Shown here piece after piece: positions 62,483 through 64,000 of a DNA stretch of 64,000 bases. The notes under the pieces are model-generated. The model was not told the DNA's origin. It was given only the letters and a program-made list of their open reading frames with translations, and searched no databases. Location of the stretch: NCBI GenBank assembly GCA_959601045.1, contig CAUGNZ010000002.1:23420-87419 (forward strand), in the 5' to 3' direction. Origin of the DNA: an uncultured Collinsella sp. (GTDB lineage: Bacteria > Actinomycetota > Coriobacteriia > Coriobacteriales > Coriobacteriaceae). The position numbers and the translations under genes are program-made. Every line of letters starts with the position of its first letter. The stretch's first letter is position 1.

Positions 62483-63166
62483 TTACGCCCTTGCTTGCTC
62501 AATCTGCCCGATGAGCCAATCGCACCAGGCATCCATGCCCTCGCCCTTGCGCGCGCTCACGGCAAACCGCGGCGCCTGCGGATTGAGGTCATCGAGTGTC
62601 TTAGTATACCTATCCATGTCAAAATCGAAAGCCGGGGCCACGTCGACCTTGTTGAGCAGCTGCGCGCCGGCGTGCTGGAAGATGCCCGGGTACTTGATGG
62701 GCTTGTCGTCGCCCTCGGGCACCGAGAGAATCATGATGGACAGGTTCTCGCCCAGGTCAAAGTCGACCGGGCAGACCAGGTTGCCCACGTTTTCGATAAA
62801 GATGACGTCGATGTTCTCCAGACCGACGGCCTGGTCGAACGCGTCAACGGCCTCCATGATCATGTTGCCCTCGAGGTGGCACAGGCCGCCCGTGTTGATC
62901 TGAATGGCGGGCATGCCGGCTTCCTTCATGGTGATGGCGTCGACGTCCGAGGCGATATCGCCCTCGATGACAGCACAGCGCAGGCCGGCTTTGTCACGCA
63001 GGCGCTCGTTGGTGCCCAGAATCGTGGTGGTCTTGCCCGAGCCGGGGCTCGACAGCACATTGATCACGTAGGTGTTTGTCTCATTAAATCGCTGACGCAG
63101 CTGATCTGCCAGGCGCTCGTTGCGCGACAGAATCGGCGATGCAATATCAATCGTTTTCTCGGCCAT
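62483..63166 (-). CDS. hypB: Hydrogenase nickel-incorporation GTPase HypB
   Basis: 227 aa. P-loop SSPGSGKTT, CH motif GGLCHLE, ENVGNLVCP. Confidence 0.9.
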   Translation of the reverse strand: MAEKTIDIASPILSRNERLADQLRQRFNETNTYVINVLSSPGSGKTTTILGTNERLRDKAGLRCAVIEGDIASDVDAITMKEAGMPAIQINTGGLCHLEGNMIMEAVDAFDQAVGLENIDVIFIENVGNLVCPVDFDLGENLSIMILSVPEGDDKPIKYPGIFQHAGAQLLNKVDVAPAFDFDMDRYTKTLDDLNPQAPRFAVSARKGEGMDAWCDWLIGQIEQARA

Positions 63167-63221
63167 ACTTAGCGCTCCTTACTTTGGCCCCTTTATACCC
63201 CATCACCAGATGGCTAGCGGG

Positions 63222-63578
63222 CTAATCGTCGGGGGTTTCGATTTCGATACTTGCGATATCGAGCTCGCGGCCGTGCAGTAGGCGCACGTTGGCACCACCA
63301 CACTGAGGACAGCGACAGTGGAAGCGATCGTGGTCGAAAACCTCGCCGCAGTCTAGACACTCGCTTTGTGGATGGACCTCCTCCACGGCAAGCTCGCAGC
63401 CGCGCGTGAGCGGGTCCTCGTCGCGAAACGTCTCCCACGCAAAGTCGAGCGCCTCGCGCACAACTTCGGTCATATCCCCGATACGCAGCGTTACCAAAAC
63501 GGCGCGCGAGGCCCCCGCCCCACGCGCCGCGCGAATCACTGTATCGAGTATGCCGTTGACAATGCCAACCTCGTGCAT
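63222..63578 (-). CDS. hypA: Hydrogenase maturation nickel metallochaperone HypA
   Basis: 118 aa. MHEVGI N-terminus and zinc site CLDCG...CPQCG. Confidence 0.9.
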   Translation of the reverse strand: MHEVGIVNGILDTVIRAARGAGASRAVLVTLRIGDMTEVVREALDFAWETFRDEDPLTRGCELAVEEVHPQSECLDCGEVFDHDRFHCRCPQCGGANVRLLHGRELDIASIEIETPDD

Positions 63579-63584
63579 ACCGAT

Positions 63585-64000
63585 TTACTCCTCGTCGTCC
63601 TCGTCGTCCGAGAACAGGTCCAGACGGCTCACGAACAGGCCCTCCTTGCCCTCGCGCGCGGTAATGACCACGCGAGCGATGGCGAGCGAAATCTCGTAGA
63701 GCGAGAGCAGGGCGCCATACATGAGACCCAGCGTAACGGGCGAGCCGTCGGGCGTAATCACAGCCGAACCCACGAGCAGGCCTACGTACACGTAGCGCCA
63801 GGCGCTGCGGAAGGCCGCATAGGACACGATGTGGAAAACGGACAGGTAGAAGATGATGAGCGGCAGCTCAAACGCCACACCAAAGCCGATCATAAAGAGC
63901 AGCTCCATGTTGACGTAGTTCTCCAGATCGGGCAACGCCGTAGCGACAGCCGAGGTCTCGCCGATGAGCCACTCAAAGCCCGCCGGGATGATGATGAAGT
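63585..64000 (-). CDS. tatC: Twin-arginine translocase subunit TatC (C-terminal part; the gene continues beyond the window)
   Basis: The frame stays open to the window edge. FELPLIIFYL...ITPDGSPVT is a TatC pattern, with an acidic tail DDEDDEE. Confidence 0.8.
   Translation of the reverse strand, partial: FIIIPAGFEWLIGETSAVATALPDLENYVNMELLFMIGFGVAFELPLIIFYLSVFHIVSYAAFRSAWRYVYVGLLVGSAVITPDGSPVTLGLMYGALLSLYEISLAIARVVITAREGKEGLFVSRLDLFSDDEDDEE

Noticed and set aside
59828-63172. 1114-aa ORF on the plus strand spanning topA, hypB and the intergenic DNA
   Set aside because: It is antisense to three well-supported genes (topA, hypB and the hypA flank). Its composition is Ala/Arg/Gly/Leu-rich and low in complexity, typical of shadow frames in high-GC DNA. 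It has no motifs.

Overview
This 64-kb window is high-GC and gene-dense. Its gene content resembles a Coriobacteriia/Collinsella-type Actinobacterium, but that assignment is an inference and was not verified. Sugar catabolism dominates. (1) A galactose/lactose supercluster spans about 7.9-30.5 kb. It holds a class II tagatose/ketose-bisphosphate aldolase, Leloir genes galK-galT, tagatose-6-P genes lacA-lacB-lacX-lacC, lactose PTS genes lacF and lacE, phospho-beta-galactosidase lacG, galM, and two LacI-type and two DeoR-type regulators. (2) An N-acetylgalactosamine/aga-type cluster spans about 32.9-43 kb. It holds mannose-family PTS IIA-YajC-IIB-IIC-IID, a GntR regulator, agaS, nagA, and a second diverged lacX-lacC pair. 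The 3' third is housekeeping: an IDH-family dehydrogenase, DegV, hpf, comF, ricT/PSP1, holB, tmk, topA, hypA/hypB and a partial tatC. The most unusual content is non-core. An AT-rich islet sits between lacG and lacR; it carries an AAA+ ATPase with a PD-(D/E)xK-like tail, a hairpin-repeat array, phased direct repeats and a RelE/ParE toxin-antitoxin pair. Other non-core items are a Nudix-Vsr fusion gene, an orphan PTS IIB paralog lacking the catalytic His, a nagA 3' relic marking a rearrangement, a beta-hydroxyacid dehydrogenase with a His/Cys-rich tail, one clear MITE, and several families of intergenic palindromic or TIR-bounded repeats. No rRNA or CRISPR array was seen, and there is one tRNA (Thr-CGU). 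All calls come from reading the sequence and the ORF translations. No database searches were run.
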